DNA of 64,000 nucleotides from Nemertoderma westbladi (lineage: Eukaryota; Animalia; Xenacoelomorpha): assembly GCA_032718475.1 (NCBI GenBank), contig JAUCBJ010000981.1:1-64000 (forward strand), read 5' to 3'. A program made the position numbers and the translations under genes. Below, in pieces: positions 63,176 through 64,000 of this stretch. Positions within the stretch are counted from its first letter, which is position 1. The number at the start of each line of letters is the position of its first letter. The notes beneath the pieces were generated by a model that saw only the letters and a list, made by a program, of their open reading frames with translations, made no database searches and was not told the DNA's origin.

Positions 63176-63390
63176 ATTGGGATATATATTCGATATCAGG
63201 TGATGGATGGGTTTTAAATAATAAGTGATTAATGGTATTTTTTTATGAGGATTATTTGTTATATGTAGAAATACTGTTCATATATATAGGTTTTCAATAT
63301 ATATATTGGGATATATTCGATATTAGGTAATGGGTTTTAAATAATAAGTGATTGCAAGTCAGGGTTTTTTCTGAGGATTATTTGTTATAT
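63176..63390. repeat. ~130-bp diverged tandem duplication
   Basis: ATTGGGATATAT..CGATAT..GG..ATGGGTTTTAAATAATAAGTGATT occurs twice. Confidence 0.75.
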
Positions 63391-63677
63391 ATAATTCTAT
63401 CATTTAGTTTTTTCTCACCTTTTCTTTGTCCAAATATAATTTAGGCCCCACTTCATTATATTTTTTTTTGCATCAAATATCCTTATTTTTTATACTTCAC
63501 CCATTGGAGGAGCGTTTGTGATTCTTTTATCTTTCTATACAAATTATTTTTTTTTTCTTAAGGTCTAGTGTCAGCAATAGCGGTTCGGTTTTGGTCTGTT
63601 GGTGTAAAAGTTAACATGCCCCATATTGCCAGCTGATACAGTGGAGTTTATACCCAGACGATGAAGGAATGTAGGAA

Positions 63678-63884
63678 GGTGGATGGGAATGTGGGAATTA
63701 ATAAACGCTGTTATTACCCTCCAATTGAAGGAAAAAAGCAGGTTACAGAAACAGGGTTTTCTAACCAAAACAATAAACGATTTTGTTACCTACCAATTGA
63801 GGGAAAGGAGAATGTTACCGCGGCTGACTTTTCTAACCAAAACAATAAACAACCAGCGGGCACCTTCCCACATTCCCATCCACC
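63678..63884. mobile_element. Small MITE-like element
   Basis: 20-bp perfect inverted repeat GGTGGATGGGAATGTGGGAA / TTCCCACATTCCCATCCACC around a ~72-bp internal duplication. Confidence 0.6.
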
Positions 63885-64000
63885 CACCCACCCATGTGGC
63901 AATAATAGGTTGATAAATAATTAGCATAAACATAATTATTTAAGTACTATTAGTAGTAAGAAGATTGTGATATCGTGTTAAAGTTAATTGGGAAAGCAAT

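Overview
Eukaryotic (most likely bilaterian invertebrate) DNA that is almost entirely intronic and transposon-derived. The only host gene I can support is a minus-strand histamine-H1-like aminergic GPCR, with exons at 11363-11556 and 13170-13288 and a candidate first coding exon at 60039-60117. Mobile elements include: a full-length BEL/Pao LTR retrotransposon with identical LTRs inserted into an RTEX-like LINE; degraded BEL/Pao and RTE fragments; two CRE-like restriction-endonuclease retrotransposons next to a 37-bp minisatellite; an L2/Crack LINE; a Helentron-like element carrying a CTCF-like motif array; and two minimal hammerhead ribozyme motifs, one inside a retrozyme-like unit. There is also a 63-bp dimeric satellite. 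The most unusual object is a very young, Pol-less LTR element (48323-55204). It encodes only a long Gag-like protein, has no tRNA primer site, carries two arrays of short hairpins in purine-rich linkers where pol would be, and shares covarying stem-loops with two older relatives in the window. All calls come from reading the sequence by eye; no database search was run.
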